Numbered from the stretch's first letter, positions 40,125 through 54,973 are shown. The stretch: DNA of 64,000 nucleotides from Octopus vulgaris (GCA_951406725.2 OX597823.1:49104001-49168000), one strand, 5' to 3'. Made by a program: numbers and translations. Notes: generated by a model not told the origin, from the sequence alone.

Positions 40125-41095
40125 GCACAGGTGTCGATGTGCGGTAGGTAGCTTGCTTCCAAACCACATGGTTCCATGTTCAGTCACACTGCATGGTACC
40201 TTGGACATGTGTCTTCCACTATAGCTTTGGGCCTCATGAATGCATGTGGTTTAGTGGTTAAGATATTTAAATCATGACTGTAAGATTGTAGTTTCAATTC
40301 CTGAACTGGGTGGGTGATACGTTGTGTTCTTGAGCAAAACACATCATTTCACATTGCTCCAGTCCACTCAACTGGTAAAAATGAGTAATCCTGCGACGGA
40401 TTGGGGTCCCGGCCTGGTGGGGAATATATATGTCATGGAAACCAAGAAACTGGCCCTTATGAGTCTTGAAAAAGTAGCCTAAAGGTACAGCTTTGGGCTG
40501 ACCAGAGCTTTACGGGTGGATCTAGTAGACAGAAACTGAAAGGCGGCGAGCCGGCAGAAACATTAGCACACCGGGCGAAATGCTTAGCAGTATTTCGTCT
40601 GCCACTACGTTCTGAGTTCAAATTCCACCGAGGTCGACTTTGCCTTTCATCCTTTCGGGGTTGATAAATTAAGTACCAGTTAAGCACTGGGGTCAATGTA
40701 ATCGACTTAATCCGTTTGTCTGTCCTTGTTTGTCCCCTTTATGTTTGGCCCCATGTGGGCAATAAAGAAATAAGAAATTGAAAGAAGCTTGTCATATGTG
40801 TGTGTGTGTGTGTGCATGTGCATGTGTGTGTTTGTGTGTGTGTGTGTGTGTGTGTTTGTTTGTGTGTGTCTCTTTGTGTCTGTGTTTATCCCCCACCATT
40901 GCTTGATAACCAGTGTTGGTGTATTTATATTCCTGTAACTTAGCAGTTCAGCAAAATAGACCAATAGAATAAGTACTGGGTTTAAAAAATAATAAGTACC
41001 GGAGCTGATTCATTTGACTAAAAATTCTTCAAGGTAGTGCCCCCGCATGGCCACAGTTAAACATAACTGAAACAAGTAAGAGATATAAGATAAAA
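40125..41095 (+). mobile_element. Nested SINE cluster: family A SINE containing a family C-type SINE (~40235-40470) and a family B SINE (40542-40776)
   Basis: Family A head at 40125-40230 resumes at ~40485 and again at ~40779; GAAAG(A/G) appears on both sides of the family B insert. Confidence 0.75.
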
Positions 41096-41447
41096 ATATC
41101 CTTTCCACTTCAACAGTTAGTTTTACACTTCAGTCTTATTTTTTTTTCTCTCTCTCCCTCTTTCACACCCACTCTCTCTTTCCCTCTATCTCTCTTTCAC
41201 TCTCTCTATGTTTGGTAAACTGCATAACCCTTAAAGAAGCACGGAGTCAGTGCCTTTGGTCATTTTATTCTATGAAAAATTGAATTAGTTGGAATTCCTT
41301 TCTCTGTAGACAATAAATGTAAAATAATTATATTGGTGTTAATAAAGCATTTCTTTTTATAGATTTTGCCTGCAGATCATCTTTCTTTGATGTGTGTCTG
41401 ATAAGGTTTCTCTTTTAAAAGGAAACAATCTTGAGGATGAAGGAAAT

Positions 41448-41958
41448 GGTGGAATTCTGCTTCAGGCACACCATATAACCCCTCGTAACATTTTTATTTT
41501 TTGGAGGTTTTAAAAATTTTTTGCAAATTTGTTTTCCATATATGGAAATTCATATGATTACGCAAAAACCAAACAAAAAAAATTTTGGTGCATGATTTAA
41601 GAGCTATTTAGCTGTTACTTTTAGTACATCTCAAGAGTACCTGCTATTTTTAGCACATCTCACGACCACCTCATACTCTCCTTGTTTGTCACTCTGATGT
41701 AATGATACTTTTCAATATCTTTCTCACCATAAACACATTTAATGATCTATTGCTGGGATTCAAGCCAAAAATTCAGTATTTTAAATTATGATTTAAAAAA
41801 AAAAAGATTTGAAAAATTAAAAAAAATCTTTAAAATTTTTTTTCATAGTCATGTGAATTCCCCTGTGTAAAATACAAATTTGCAAAAATTTTCTGAAAAT
41901 TCCAAAAAATAAAAAAGTTATGAGGGGTTATATGGCTTGCTTGAAGCAGAATTCTACG
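41448..41958. mobile_element. MITE with ~120-bp imperfect TIRs, superfamily unassigned
   Basis: GAATTCTGCTTCAGGCACACCATATAACCCCTCGTAAC... pairs with ...GTTATGAGGGGTTATATGGCTTGCTTGAAGCAGAATTC. Confidence 0.75.
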
Positions 41959-42394
41959 AAAATGTTAGCCAAAGGACAAGATGTAATATAGCCAATAAGT
42001 ACATACAAAGATTGGCAAGTATTAGTAGGTGTTAAAGTTATTAATTTACATTCAGATTATAGTTGTTCTAGGAATTAAAGGCTATTAGCAACCACCGAAG
42101 GAAAACCACTGAAGATTGCATGCAGATTAATCAGATCTGAGTGCCAACAAATGTTTAAAAATTTATTATTTTACTCAGTAAGTAGCTTGAAATAAATAAA
42201 TTAAAAGGATGAAAAAATAACCAACAAAGAACCCCAAAAAACAAAGAAGAATTCTCTGACGCTGTGCAAGTATGGACGACAGATATTAAAATATGATGAG
42301 ATAGAATTAATTCCAAGATGCTGACCAAGAAAATGAAAATGTGAAAAAAAAACAAGTATTCTTGAGCCAAATGTTCTCTTATCTCTTATTTCAT

Positions 42395-42925
42395 ATCTTT
42401 ATTTGTTTCAGTCATTAGACTGCGGCCATGCTGGGGCACAACCTGGAAGAATATTTTAGTCACACAAGTCAACTTTAATACTTATATTTTCATGACTGAT
42501 ACTTATTCTATTGGTTTCTTTTGCTGAGCCTCTAATTATGGGGACATATGCACACCAACACTGATTGTCAAGTGGGGGGAGAGACAAACACAGACACAAA
42601 GACACATAAATATATATCTGTGTGTATACATATATATATATATATATGACAGGCTTCTTTCAGTTTCCATCTACCAAATCTATTCACAAGTCTTTTGATG
42701 GCCCAAGGCTATAGTAGAAGACACTTGCTCAAGGTGCCACACAGTGGGACTGAACCTGGAACCATGTGGTTGGGAAGCTTTTTCCAGTTTCTACCTACCA
42801 AATCCACTCACATGGTTTTGTCCAGCCCAAAGCTATAGTAGAAGACACTTGGCCAAGGTGCCATGCAGTGGGACAGAACCTGAAACCATGTGGTTGGGAA
42901 CCAGACTTCTTACTACACAGACACA
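42395..42925 (-). mobile_element. Family A SINE with tandemly duplicated head
   Basis: Core and head repeated at 42650-42780 and 42780-42920. Confidence 0.75.
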
Positions 42926-43559
42926 CTGTACCTATTTATTCTTCTGGAGTGGATGAAGTACTACAAGGTATACATTGTGATAGATTTATTCAACAATATC
43001 TTATTTTACCGACCTACATAACTATCCTATATTTTTTTACTACTCTCAGTATGAGGTCTTTTGTGGGATCTGTTGACCTAATAAAAATAGCAGCCAAACA
43101 TTCCATAGGACACACTCTGCTGTTTTAGATAAAAAAGAAAAAAAGATACTGATAAAGTAGTCCTAAATCACACCAAATAAATGAGAGGGTCACAGCTGGA
43201 ATGCTTTCTATAATATGCCAGTATGATTAAGGCTGGTTTGAGGCTAAGTAACAACAACTACAACAACAACCATAACAACAGCAGCAACAATATTGTGTAT
43301 AATGAACAAATATCACAATGGAACACCACTCATTTGACAGTTACTCTTAGTTTATGAAATATTTATGAATTATTTTGTCTTTAACTACATATATAGGGAC
43401 TCCAGTATTCAATGAGGTATTATTTTGTTTGATTTCAGGGAAATTTGGCTGCTATTTCTAGCAGATCAAGTAACCATGCAATAAATTTTGTTTCTGTTAT
43501 ATGCATGTTAACCCAATTAATGTGTAAAAGTTATGAAATAGCAAGAATTTGAAAGAGAA

Positions 43560-43900
43560 ATGGTCCTGAGTTCAGTCCCGCTATGTAGTACCTTGGACAA
43601 GTGTCTTCTGCTATAGCCTTGGGCTGACCAAAACCTTGTAAGTGGATTTGGTAGATGGAAACTGAAAGAAGCCCATCATATATAAGTATGTATGTCTCTT
43701 TGTGTCTATCCTCCACCACCACTTGACAATCAGTGTTTGTGTGTTTACATCCCTATAACTTAGCAAAAGAGACTGATGGAATAAGTACTAGGCTTTTAAA
43801 AAAAAAATCCTGTGGTCAACTTATTCAACTAAAATCCTTCAAGGCAGCATCCCATCATGGCCACAGTAAAATGACTGAAAGAAGTAAAAGATAAAAGATA
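43560..43900 (+). mobile_element. Family A SINE, 5' truncated
   Basis: Core and tail present. Confidence 0.75.
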
Positions 43901-44067
43901 AGAGATTCAAGTATTGTCATTATCTTTCCAAATCCTGTTGCATTTCACCTGGAATTTTGAATCTTCCAAAGTTCTCTTGGTGTATAAGACTTACCTCTTT
44001 TGGGGGTGTACACTTTGGTCTAAAAAATTCAACTTGTATGCCAGAAAACACGGTATTATTATTATAA

Positions 44068-44302
44068 GGGGGCGAGTTGGCAGAAATGTTAGCATGCTGG
44101 GTGAACTGCTAAGCAGTATTTCGTCTGCTGCTATGTTCTGAGTTCAAATTCTGCCGAGGTCGACTTTGCCTTTCATCCTTTCGGGGTCGATTAAATAAGT
44201 ACCAGTTATGCACTGGGGTCGATATAATCGACTTAATACATTTGTCTGTCCTTGTTTGTCCCCTCTGTGTGTAGCCCCTTGTTGGCAGTAAAGAAATAAG
44301 AA
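44068..44302 (+). mobile_element. Family B SINE (GCCTTTCATCCTTTCGGGGTCGAT central domain)
   Basis: Near-identical to 40542-40776 and 52190-52425 (-); central domain resembles the Meta-type SINE domain as recalled. Confidence 0.85.
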
Positions 44303-44816
44303 AACATGGCATTATTTGTTTTTTACCGTAATTTTTTAATAATAATGTTGTTAGTTACAAGTTTCTAATAAGCCACTTTGGTTCATTGCAAATCTGATAG
44401 CAAAAATGACAAAGAATGTCATCTATAACTTGGTGCTGTGTAAAAGACGCTTGTCTAAAAGGCTGTACAGTGAGATTGAACCAAGAACCACGTGGCTGCA
44501 AGCCAAACTCTTAAGCAATATAGCCATGCCTGTCAACTTACAGATCTAATGTTTTAAGGAAAGGCATGAATGGTATAATTTCCCATTTTTCACACCTGAA
44601 TATCTCTAAAGTTTATGCTTAATTAAGAAAACATAATTCACTGTTTTATTTCATTTCTATTTTTTTCTGTCGCAATTTCCACAACTTAATAGGAATTCTA
44701 TAACCTTTTGATTTAGTGGTTTCCACCTTAAAATTCATATGGTTTAATGGATGCTTGATGGTGAAGCAAACTTGCCAACAAATTAATTATGAGGCTATCA
44801 AACACTTGGTTATTTG

Positions 44817-45572
44817 TGAAGGCGCATGACTTAGTAGTTACAGTATTCAGCTCATGATCGTAAGGCCAGGAGTTCAGTTCCCTGTGGCAAGTGTCTTGAG
44901 CAAGACACTTTATTTCTCATTACTCCAATCCGCTCAGCTGGCAAAAATAAGTAATACCTGTATTTCAAAGGGCCAGCCTTGTCACATTCAGTGTGTTATG
45001 CTGAATCTGCCAGAGAACTATGTTAAGGATATGCATGTCTATGGAGTGCTCAACCACTTGCACATTAATTTCATGAGCAGGTTGTTCTGTTGATTGGATC
45101 AACTGGAACACACATCATCATAACTGGTCGAGTGCTAGTTAGTTATTTAGCCAATTATTCATATTCCACTGAAGCTGTTATGTTGTTGTTTAGTGCCAAG
45201 TCAGTTGTAACCACTCCATTGTTTAGAGGTGTTTAAGACAACATTATCTAATGCACGTGAAAGCTCATGGCTCAGTAGTTAGATTGTCAGGCTCACAATC
45301 ATGAGGTAGTGAGTTCAATTCCCAGACTGGGCTCTGTGTTGTATCCTTGAGCAAGACACTTTATTTCATGTTGCTCCAGGTCACTCAGATGTAGAAATGA
45401 GTTGCAATGTCACTAGTACTAAGCTGTATTGGTCTTTGCTTTTCCCTTGGTGTGGAGAGGAGAGACTGGTATGCATGAGCAACTGCTGGTCTTCCATAAA
45501 TGATCTTGCCTGGACTTGCATCTTGGAGGATAACTTTCTAGGTGCAATCCCTTGGACATGAAGGGGATCTTT
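44817..45572 (+). mobile_element. Two adjacent family C-type SINEs (44817-45135, 45258-45572)
   Basis: tRNA-like heads and CTTGAGCAAGACACTTTATTTC core. Confidence 0.75.
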
Positions 45573-46853
45573 ACATTATCTAGTGCATCCTCTTTTTTTA
45601 AAAAGTAATACTATCTCATTTGAGTAGAATTTAATTGACATTTCTAGTAGATTGAATGACTGCATAGATGTTCCATTGTCATGATATCTCTGAGAAAAAA
45701 CAAGCCTAAATACCATGTTGATGTCGATAGTTAAATGTGATGCATCAATCAGACAATCCTTTGATTACAGTCATTCCCCGTCAGTGTTGTTCTCTTATGA
45801 GTAATTTGTTCCCAAATTTAGGAAATTTAGGATAAGATTCCTGCTTTAAAATGGGTGAAGAATAAGTTGAGGGAAATTTGAGTGTTTTATATTGCATAGC
45901 ACATGTAACTTTCATGAGGTTTCGCAGCAAAAAGAGACCAACAGAGTGAGCAGCAGACTTAAAAATAAGTACCGGGGGGGGGGGGGGTGATTTTTACAAC
46001 TAAACTCTTCAAGGTGGTGCCCCAGCATGGCCACAGTCCAAAGACTGAAACAAGTAGAAGGTAAAAGACAATCAGCAGGGAATGCATTTCCCACAATCCT
46101 TTAGAGGGTCTCCAAGATAAGTGGGAAGGAGAAAGGGAGAAAAGTTCCCTCAAATTGGAGTTGTAACTTCAATGCCTACAATAGAGGGAACTCTACTAAA
46201 GGTACCCCAAAGTACCTGGTGGTGATATAAAGCAAGATGACAAATTTAGTCCACCACCTAATTAGGCCATGGTAGCAATTGAACTCGGACTGCAAAGAGT
46301 TGGAACAAACACATCAAGACATCCACTCCAACACTCATGCTATTCTATCAATTCCTCATTTTGGATTCATGCATTTTTACCAACCTGGAAAAATGGCAGT
46401 GACTTCAGTGAGATTGGAACTCAGGATCCCAAACATCAGAACGTATACTGTGATATATTCTCTCTGATGCTTTAATGTCTCTAATATCTGAGTAACCATC
46501 TAGTTAATGGTAGTGATGATGGTTCCATTTATCTCTTTCTAACATCAAACCTTAATGAGTTCCAAGAACTGATGCAACCACATATATCAGAAACTTCTGC
46601 TTATTTTGGTTTTGCTTTTCCTTTTATTTTTCCTTCTTTTATTTCTTCCCCTTCAAATAATTGTTTGATGGAAGCAGACAAAGTTTTATCGTGAAATAAG
46701 AACAAACTAAGTAACAATGGTAAAAAAAGGAAAGGAAAAAAATCACCCTCACTTTTCAACCACAATTCGTACAATACATACTGTCTGTAAAAATTCAGCC
46801 ATAAATAATCAACCTTTAGGTTGTCACCATTACTAATAAACATACATGCACAA

Positions 46854-46909
<56 letters not shown>

Positions 46910-47914
46910 ATATTTATTTATTTATCTATATTTATTTATTTATCTATCTATTGTCTGTACTGGCAACCAAAATATAAACCACATCAAATAAACCTTCGTG
47001 AACTGGAGGGACTTGTCATTCTTTTTTTGCTTTTTCAAAATGCTACCGGGTATTTTGCTACCGAAATCTTTGTTATTTTTTATCATTATTATTATTTAGA
47101 GAATGGAAGAGAGTTTCTCTCTCTCTTTTGTTTCCTTTATTTTCAATTATGTATAGACAGACATAAAGGATTTCATATTATTTAGATAAATTTCTATAGA
47201 GAAGCCTATCTTCTTTCTACCTATGGAAATATAACCATCCAATAGGAATTCTTATCACACAAATTATGTCAGCAATTCTTTTGTTTGAGAGTTTTACTTA
47301 TCTCTCTTTATAATCTTCCACTATGTCTAGCTTCTTCGTATTGAATAACGAAAGCCAAAACAAATCCCTACAACTGATATAAACTGTAGAAATGGTCAAG
47401 GAATGAAACATTTCTGCCAGATAAATATAATTAATTCACCATCTATTTTATTTACACTAATCTTTTATCTTAGGTTTAGTACTTATATTATACTTTGTGT
47501 ACTTTGGCTTCAGACTGTATTCACTGTCATACAATTGTTACGTAGCTGCACAATAGAACAGTTTTCACAGAGTACAGATATCACATGGCCACAGGGAACA
47601 CAACACTGTACAGATAGTACAGTCATCATCTAGTTCACATTACACACTGGAATGCTCCACGTTGCACATAGTCAAGTAGTTACATAGCAATACAGCAATT
47701 ACTGCATACTCCATCCACACAACACCCGATTCAATAGCCATGCAACAGCACATACAGTGCTGTAGACATATAGTATATGCATATGCATACATACATATAT
47801 ATATATATGTATATTGAGCACACATGCATATATTCATAGGTATACATAAGTACACACACACATATATGTAAATATATGTGTGTATAAATATATATGCATA
47901 TATGTATCTATATT

Positions 47915-47952
<38 letters not shown>

Positions 47953-48055
47953 GGAATATAATTATATATATATACATATATACATATACATATATAGATG
48001 CATATATATATGTGTGTGTCATGTGTGTGTGTGCGTATGTATAGTATGCATATGC

Positions 48056-48093
<38 letters not shown>

Positions 48094-48869
48094 GCATATT
48101 TGTACATATATTTGTATGTGTAGTGAAGTAGTCACACTGCAAATTTAACCACAATAGTCATGCAAAGTTACATGTAAGGCACTAGTAACATATACTATTT
48201 GTGTGTGTGTGTGTATATATATATATAAATTATATATTATATATATTTATATATATAAAATCAAAGAGCAGCAATAATACACTCTTCGCACTCCATAATA
48301 ATCATACAACATTGCATGTAAGATTTATGATAAACACAACACCATATATTTACAGTGCAACAGTCAAACAGTAACATTTCACCAGACAGTACATAGAGTG
48401 TAATGGCCAGACAGTATTGCCTCACAGAATACTGCATATAATCCAATAGTTATCCAGTGGCACAGTATGTAATAGTACATATAATGCAATAGCTGTACAG
48501 TAGTAATATGTATAGTGTAGTAATATTTAGCTACTGACATCATCAACATTTAATTTAGTGTAGCAGTCTTAAAACTGAATTGGAAGATACATTTTATGTA
48601 GTACAGTATGCAAATAGCTATAGTATATGCGATACTACTTATAATATCTTATCTGTACTGGTATACTATATTCTGTAGAGTATAGTACTTGTGAGACTAG
48701 TGTATATCATCATGATCATGATCATTTAATGTTCATTTTCTATGCTGGCATGGGTTGGATGGTTTGACAGGAGTTGGTAAGCCAGAGAGCTGCACCAAGC
48801 TGCAGTTGTCTGTTTTGGCATTGTCTCTACAGCTGGATGCTCTTCCTAATGCCAACCTCTTCACAGAGT

Positions 48870-49205
48870 GTATTGGGTGCTTTTTACAGCAAAGGAGTTC
48901 TATACATAGTGCCAAAGGAGTTCTATACATGGTATCAGCAAAGGAGTTCTATATATGAGGCCAGCACAAGTGATTTTTATGTGATACTAGCATGAGTACT
49001 TTTTAGATGGGGTCACCATGGGTACATTTTATGTGGTGCCAGCATGGGTGCTTTTTACATGGCATCAGCTCAAATGTCTTCACCTGGCACCAACACAGGT
49101 GGTGCTTTTTGCATGGCACCAGCACAAATGTTTTTTATCTGGCACCAGTGCAGGTGCTTTTTGCATGGCACCAGCACAAATTCTTTCTATGTGTCACAAG
49201 CACCC
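48870..49205. repeat. Degenerate ~26-bp minisatellite (TGGCACCAGCAC...TTTT)
   Basis: About 12 diverged units directly after an RTE-tail repeat. Confidence 0.75.
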
Positions 49206-50044
49206 ATGGGGTCATCAAGTAGCTTTGCAAGATAAGAAGCTTTCAGCTGAGAGAGGGAGTGGAGCCAACAGAAGTGGCCTTGTGCCAGGTGAAAGGTCAG
49301 AGTATGATAGAGGGTCAGAGACAGCTGTCTTATTACATAATATAATATATATGTACAGGCATGGCTGTGTGGTTAAGAAGCTCGCTCCCCAATCATGTGA
49401 TCTTGAGTTCGGTCCCACTGCATGGTACCTTCGGCTATAGTCATCAACTCTAGCCATGGGCTGACCAAAACCTTGTGAGTGGATTTGATAGATGAAAACT
49501 GAAAGAACCTTATCATGCATATATGTATATATGCATGCATGTGTATGCATGTATGCACACATATCTAGACATAGTGTGGTTGCTGTGAATATCATCCTCA
49601 AACAAACGAGGTCGTTTGTCTCCAGTCTTTGTGAAAAACATGTCTATCTATAGGGAAATATTACCTCCACTGTAAACAAGTGAGGATTGGTGACAGGAAG
49701 GGCATCCTGATGTAGGAAATCTGCCCCAACAAATTCTGACTGACCCATGCAAGCGTGGAAAAGTTGTCATTAAGTGATGGTAAAGATATTTACTACATTC
49801 TCAACAGTACAGTACATATAAAGCAACAGTATATCATTTCACATCTTATATACTTTAGTATATACACCGCAAGTCATAGAGTATAGTACACGTATAGTTC
49901 TAGTATATAATACACTGTATATGACATAATATTTTTGATGTGACTGTTGTGGTTGCATTTCTAAGCCATTATTCACTGTGGTCCTGTACTTCCTGAGTTC
50001 ATTCACTTCGGTATTGCTTCCTTCCACTGTATCTGTTATTTTTA

Positions 50045-50281
50045 ATATTTTACTTGTTTTAGACATTAGACTACGGCCATGCTGGGGCACCACCTTGAAA
50101 ATTTTACTAGTCAACTGAATCAATCCCAGTACTTTATTTTTAAGCGTGGTACTTATTTTATTCATCTCCTTTGCCAAGCTGCTAAGTTATGGGAATGAAA
50201 ACACCCCAAGACTAGCAGTCAAGTGATGGAGTAGGGGACAAACACAGACACAAAGACACACACACATATATATACATATAC

Positions 50282-50329
<48 letters not shown>

Positions 50330-50500
50330 ATATATATATATATGATGGGCATCTTTCAGTATCCATCTGCCAAATCCACTCACAAGGCATTGGTCAACAC
50401 AAGGCTATAACAGAAAACATTTGCCCAAGGTGCCATGGAGTGGGTCTGAACCCAGAACCGTGTGCTTGGGAAGCAAGCTTCATACCACACACCCATGCCT
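50045..50500 (-). mobile_element. Family A SINE
   Basis: Reverse complement of head, core and tail. Confidence 0.8.
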
Positions 50501-50680
50501 GAAGTTAAATATAAATTTCCTAACAGACTGTTAAGTTGGCCTGTTATGAAGATTGAATATTTAGCATCTAGATACATAACAATGACATTACAATCTATAT
50601 AATACATTGTATCATACCACACCTCATGTGATACAGTATATACATAAGCAATTCAATCTATGTAGGTACCAATGGACTAG

Positions 50681-51020
50681 TGAAGGCACATTGCTCAGTG
50701 GTTAGAGCATCAGGCTCACATTCATGATGTAGTGAGTTCAATTACTGGACTGGACCGTGTGTTGTGTTCTTGAGCAAGACACTTTATTTCACATTGGTCC
50801 AGTTTACTCAACTATAGAAATGAGTTACAACATCACTGGTACCAAGCTGTATCAGCCTTTGCCTTTCCCTTGGATGATATTAGTGGTGTGGAGTGGGGAA
50901 GCTAGTATACATGGGTGACTGCTGGTCTTCCATAAACAACCTTGCCTGGACTTGTGCCTGGAGTGTAACTTTCTAGGTGCAACCCCATAATCATTCATGA
51001 CCAAAGGGGTCTTTACCCTT
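50681..51020 (+). mobile_element. Family C SINE
   Basis: Homologous to 20013-20346. Confidence 0.85.
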
Positions 51021-52189
51021 TATCCTATGGACCAGGCAATATCAACTGGCCCATGGGTGTCTACGTGCAGTGCATATAAGTTTCCTATAGGCATCTATGG
51101 TAGAGGTGGTGTAGTCCACAGATACTTTTAAAAACTCATAACAAAATAAATAAAACAAGATAAGCAAAAAAAAAAAAACTTGTTTGGAGGTGTAGATGCT
51201 TTAGGTAAGTTTATTTTGCTGCAAGCATTCAAGTAAGCTTTCCAGTTTGAGAATAATTACTGCTCACCAGATCTTCATTCTGCTTTCAATACCACGTCAA
51301 TGAAAATCCAGCCCTCAACTCTCTCTCTTACACACACACACACATAACTTTTTAAAGTTATCTCTACAGATTTCTATAGAAAATCTGCACAGTTAACTTA
51401 AACGAGTGACTGAATTGCACTGCTAACAGAGGTAGGACACAGCATTGATTTATAAATCATTTAACATACTTTGTAGTTTTTGATTTTTAATTAGTGTATT
51501 TTTTATTTTAACATGGATTGGGAGTTGTCCGGTAGAATATCCATATGAAATAATTGGTCGTATTTTTAGGGTTTTATATTTTACTTGTTTTTTATAGTTG
51601 TATAACGAAATACAGTGTCCCTGCCAGCAATTAATACTCACACACACATATATATATATAAATGGGAAATGAGTCAAGTAAGAGTATACAAAATTTTATA
51701 AGCAACACAGCAGGATACAAAGGTGAGTGGAAGACCTCACCTGGCAAGAACATATTCTTGTACTTTCCCACCCATGCCAGCATGGAAGGCAGATGCTATA
51801 CGATGATGATGATAATGATGATATGCTTTGAACAGTCCATTGTTTGGATTAGCTCATTTTTTTGTGCAATTTTTTTTTTTACTTCCTTCACAGTAATTGA
51901 AAGGAATATTCAATCCACAACATCGATGGTTCAAATTCACATGGCTCTAACTTTCCAGATCATCATCATCATCATCATCATCATCGATTTTCTTTTCTTT
52001 TTATGTCTGATTTTTCTTCTTTGCATTGATCAGATTGGTTCTTTTCAACTCAGCGTCTTTGTAGCATTTCCTTTCTTTTTTCATGTTTAATGTTCAACCT
52101 CCTGACAGGCAGTTTTCATCATTTCTGCCCATGTCTTCCTTGGTTGCCATCTGCTATAGTTTTCTTCCACTTAAATATCCTGCCACTCC

Positions 52190-52425
52190 TTATCTTATTT
52201 CTTTACTGCCCACAAAGGGCTCCACACAGAGGGGACAAACAAGGACAGACAAACGGATTAAGTCGATTATATTGATCCCAATGCATAACAGGTACTTATT
52301 TAATTGACCCCGAAAGGATAAAAGGCAAAGTCGACCTCGGCAGAATTTGAACTCAGAACGTAGCGGCAGATGAAATACCACTAAGCATTTCGCCTGGTGT
52401 GCTAATGTTTCTGCCAACTTGCTTA
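52190..52425 (-). mobile_element. Family B SINE
   Basis: Reverse complement of 44068-44302. Confidence 0.85.
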
Positions 52426-52640
52426 TCTGCCATACAAATCACATCTCCATATCGATGGAGTCTTAATTCTTTCATATTACAACCGATCCCTCTTATATGC
52501 AGTTTATCCATCAGCTCATCTGCGCTGTGTCCTTCATGCATCTTTTTATAATTTCTCTTTTTCTTGTTTCAGTCAATTAGACTGTGGCCATGCTGGGGCA
52601 CTGTCTTGAAGAGTTTTCAGTCAAATGAATTAACCTCAGT

Positions 52641-52796
52641 CACTAGCGTAGCTGGAGGAGGCGGGGGCAGTCCGCCCTAGGTGGCACTTTCCATCCTGTT
52701 GTAGGCTTTTACTGTAGGCAATATGTGTTTTTGTGGGGTCTGGGGCAGCAAATGGAAAGGCCACCTTGGGCAGCACACACTCTAGTTATGCTAGTG
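52641..52796. mobile_element. hAT-type MITE inserted into a minus-strand family A SINE (52555-52988)
   Basis: TIRs CACTAGCGTAGCTGGAG / CTCTAGTTATGCTAGTG; degenerate 8-bp TSD ACCTCAGT / ACCCCTGT. Confidence 0.7.
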
Positions 52797-53074
52797 ACCC
52801 CTGTAGTTATTTTTGTAAGCTTGGTTTTTATTCTATTGGTCTCTTTTGCCAAACCATTAAGTTACAGGAATGTAAACAAACCAATACCAGTTTTCAAGTG
52901 GTGGTAGTAGTAGTGATTGGGGCGCAAACAGACACAAAGAGACATGGTTGCAAAGCATGCATCTTAAACACACAGCCATGCCTGCACCTATAAGGATTAG
53001 ATGAAAACAACCAAATATCTTTGGCTTTTGGAGAGAAGGGAAGAGAAGTTGAAACATCACTAATTACTGAAGGT

Positions 53075-53505
53075 GCTGCTGCTATTGCTGATGGTGGTGG
53101 TGGTAGTGGTGGTGGTGGTGGTGCTGCTGTTGCTGCTAGTGTTGGTACTGGTTTTGATGATAACAGTGACAACAGCAATGACAACAATGACAGCAACAAT
53201 GGTGATGATTCATTATGATGAGGATGATGACCATTGGCAATAACAATGACGATGATGATGATATGATGATGATGGTGGTAATAATGATGTTGACGATGAT
53301 GACGATGATGATGATGATGATGACGACGATGAAGATGATGATGATGACAGTGCTGGTGATGATGAAGATGATGATGATGATGAGGACGATGACAATGATG
53401 ATGATGATGATGATGATGACGATGATGACGATGATGATGATGACAGTGCTGGTGATGATGATGATGATGACGGTGACGATGACGATGATGTTTGATGGTG
53501 ATGAT
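53075..53505. repeat. Long compound (GAT/GAC/GGT)n trinucleotide repeat
   Basis: Directly visible; similar tracts at 35415-35600, 36120-36200 and 61265-61485. Confidence 0.95.
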
Positions 53506-53599
53506 AAAAACTTGAACATTATTTCATATAGAGGAAGAAAAAAAAGACAAAAATAAAACAAAAAAACAACACTACGTATACTCTTTAAATGTACAGAAA

Positions 53600-53660
<61 letters not shown>

Positions 53661-54419
53661 GAAATAGAGAGTGTAAAATTGTTTTCAGAGACACATCCTG
53701 AATATACACTGCCACTGTCTGATAAATAGCATCAGATTAATGCTTAGTGCTACAAGATGGAAAAGGAATAAAAAAAAAAAAGAAAAATGGAAATTATTTT
53801 AGATTTAGAAAATAATGTTCTGTGTCAGTAGGCCGAAAGGTTTTAAAATTGCTTTCGAAATTTCTGAAGTGAATCGAGACATCCTAATAGCAATTGACAG
53901 AGCATTCTTTTTCCTTCATCTTCTCTCTCCTTTTTTTTTTCCTTTCTTTCTTTGTTTTTTGTTTTTGTTTTTTTTTTGTTTTTTTTTTGTATATGGAGAA
54001 TGAAGTGAAAAGATTGTTTATGGGGATGGGGTGTAGAAGTTCTTCTATATTTTCCTATATTTTCCTATAACCATTATTCAGTAGTACTAAATGATGCAAG
54101 ACTACTATGATAATGATAATATATGTACCTGCCTTCCCATTCTATGATTTTTTTCACTTGACAGATGCTAATTTTCTCTCCCTCTTTTCCCTCGCTTGTA
54201 TATGCATGTTGTCATACTGTATGCATATCTACACACTCACACACACATACACGCACACACACACACACATACATATATGTGTTATTTGAAGAATCCTGTC
54301 ACGTTAATGTGTATATAATTATTTTTCTCTCTCTCGCTTTTCTTTCTCCGTATATATGTGTGCATGTATTGATGTATATATATCCGCGCGTGTGTGTGTA
54401 TACATACATACACACACTC

Positions 54420-54737
<318 letters not shown>

Positions 54738-54924
54738 TCATCATCATCGTTTAATGTCCATTTTCCATGCTGGCATGGGTTGGATGGTTTGATAGGAGCT
54801 GGCCAGCGAGAGAACTGCACCAGATTTCACAGTCTGTTTTGACATGGCTTTGATGGTTGGATGCCCTTCGTAATACCAACCACCTAACACAGGATGTGCA
54901 TATGTATATATATATCTGTGTGTG

Positions 54925-54973
<49 letters not shown>

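Noticed and set aside
46160-46460. Possible PLE RT thumb remnant (H...SIP)
   Set aside because: Similarity too weak to call without a profile search
48870-49205. CRISPR-like array
   Set aside because: Tandem degenerate units without unique spacers, eukaryotic context, no cas genes
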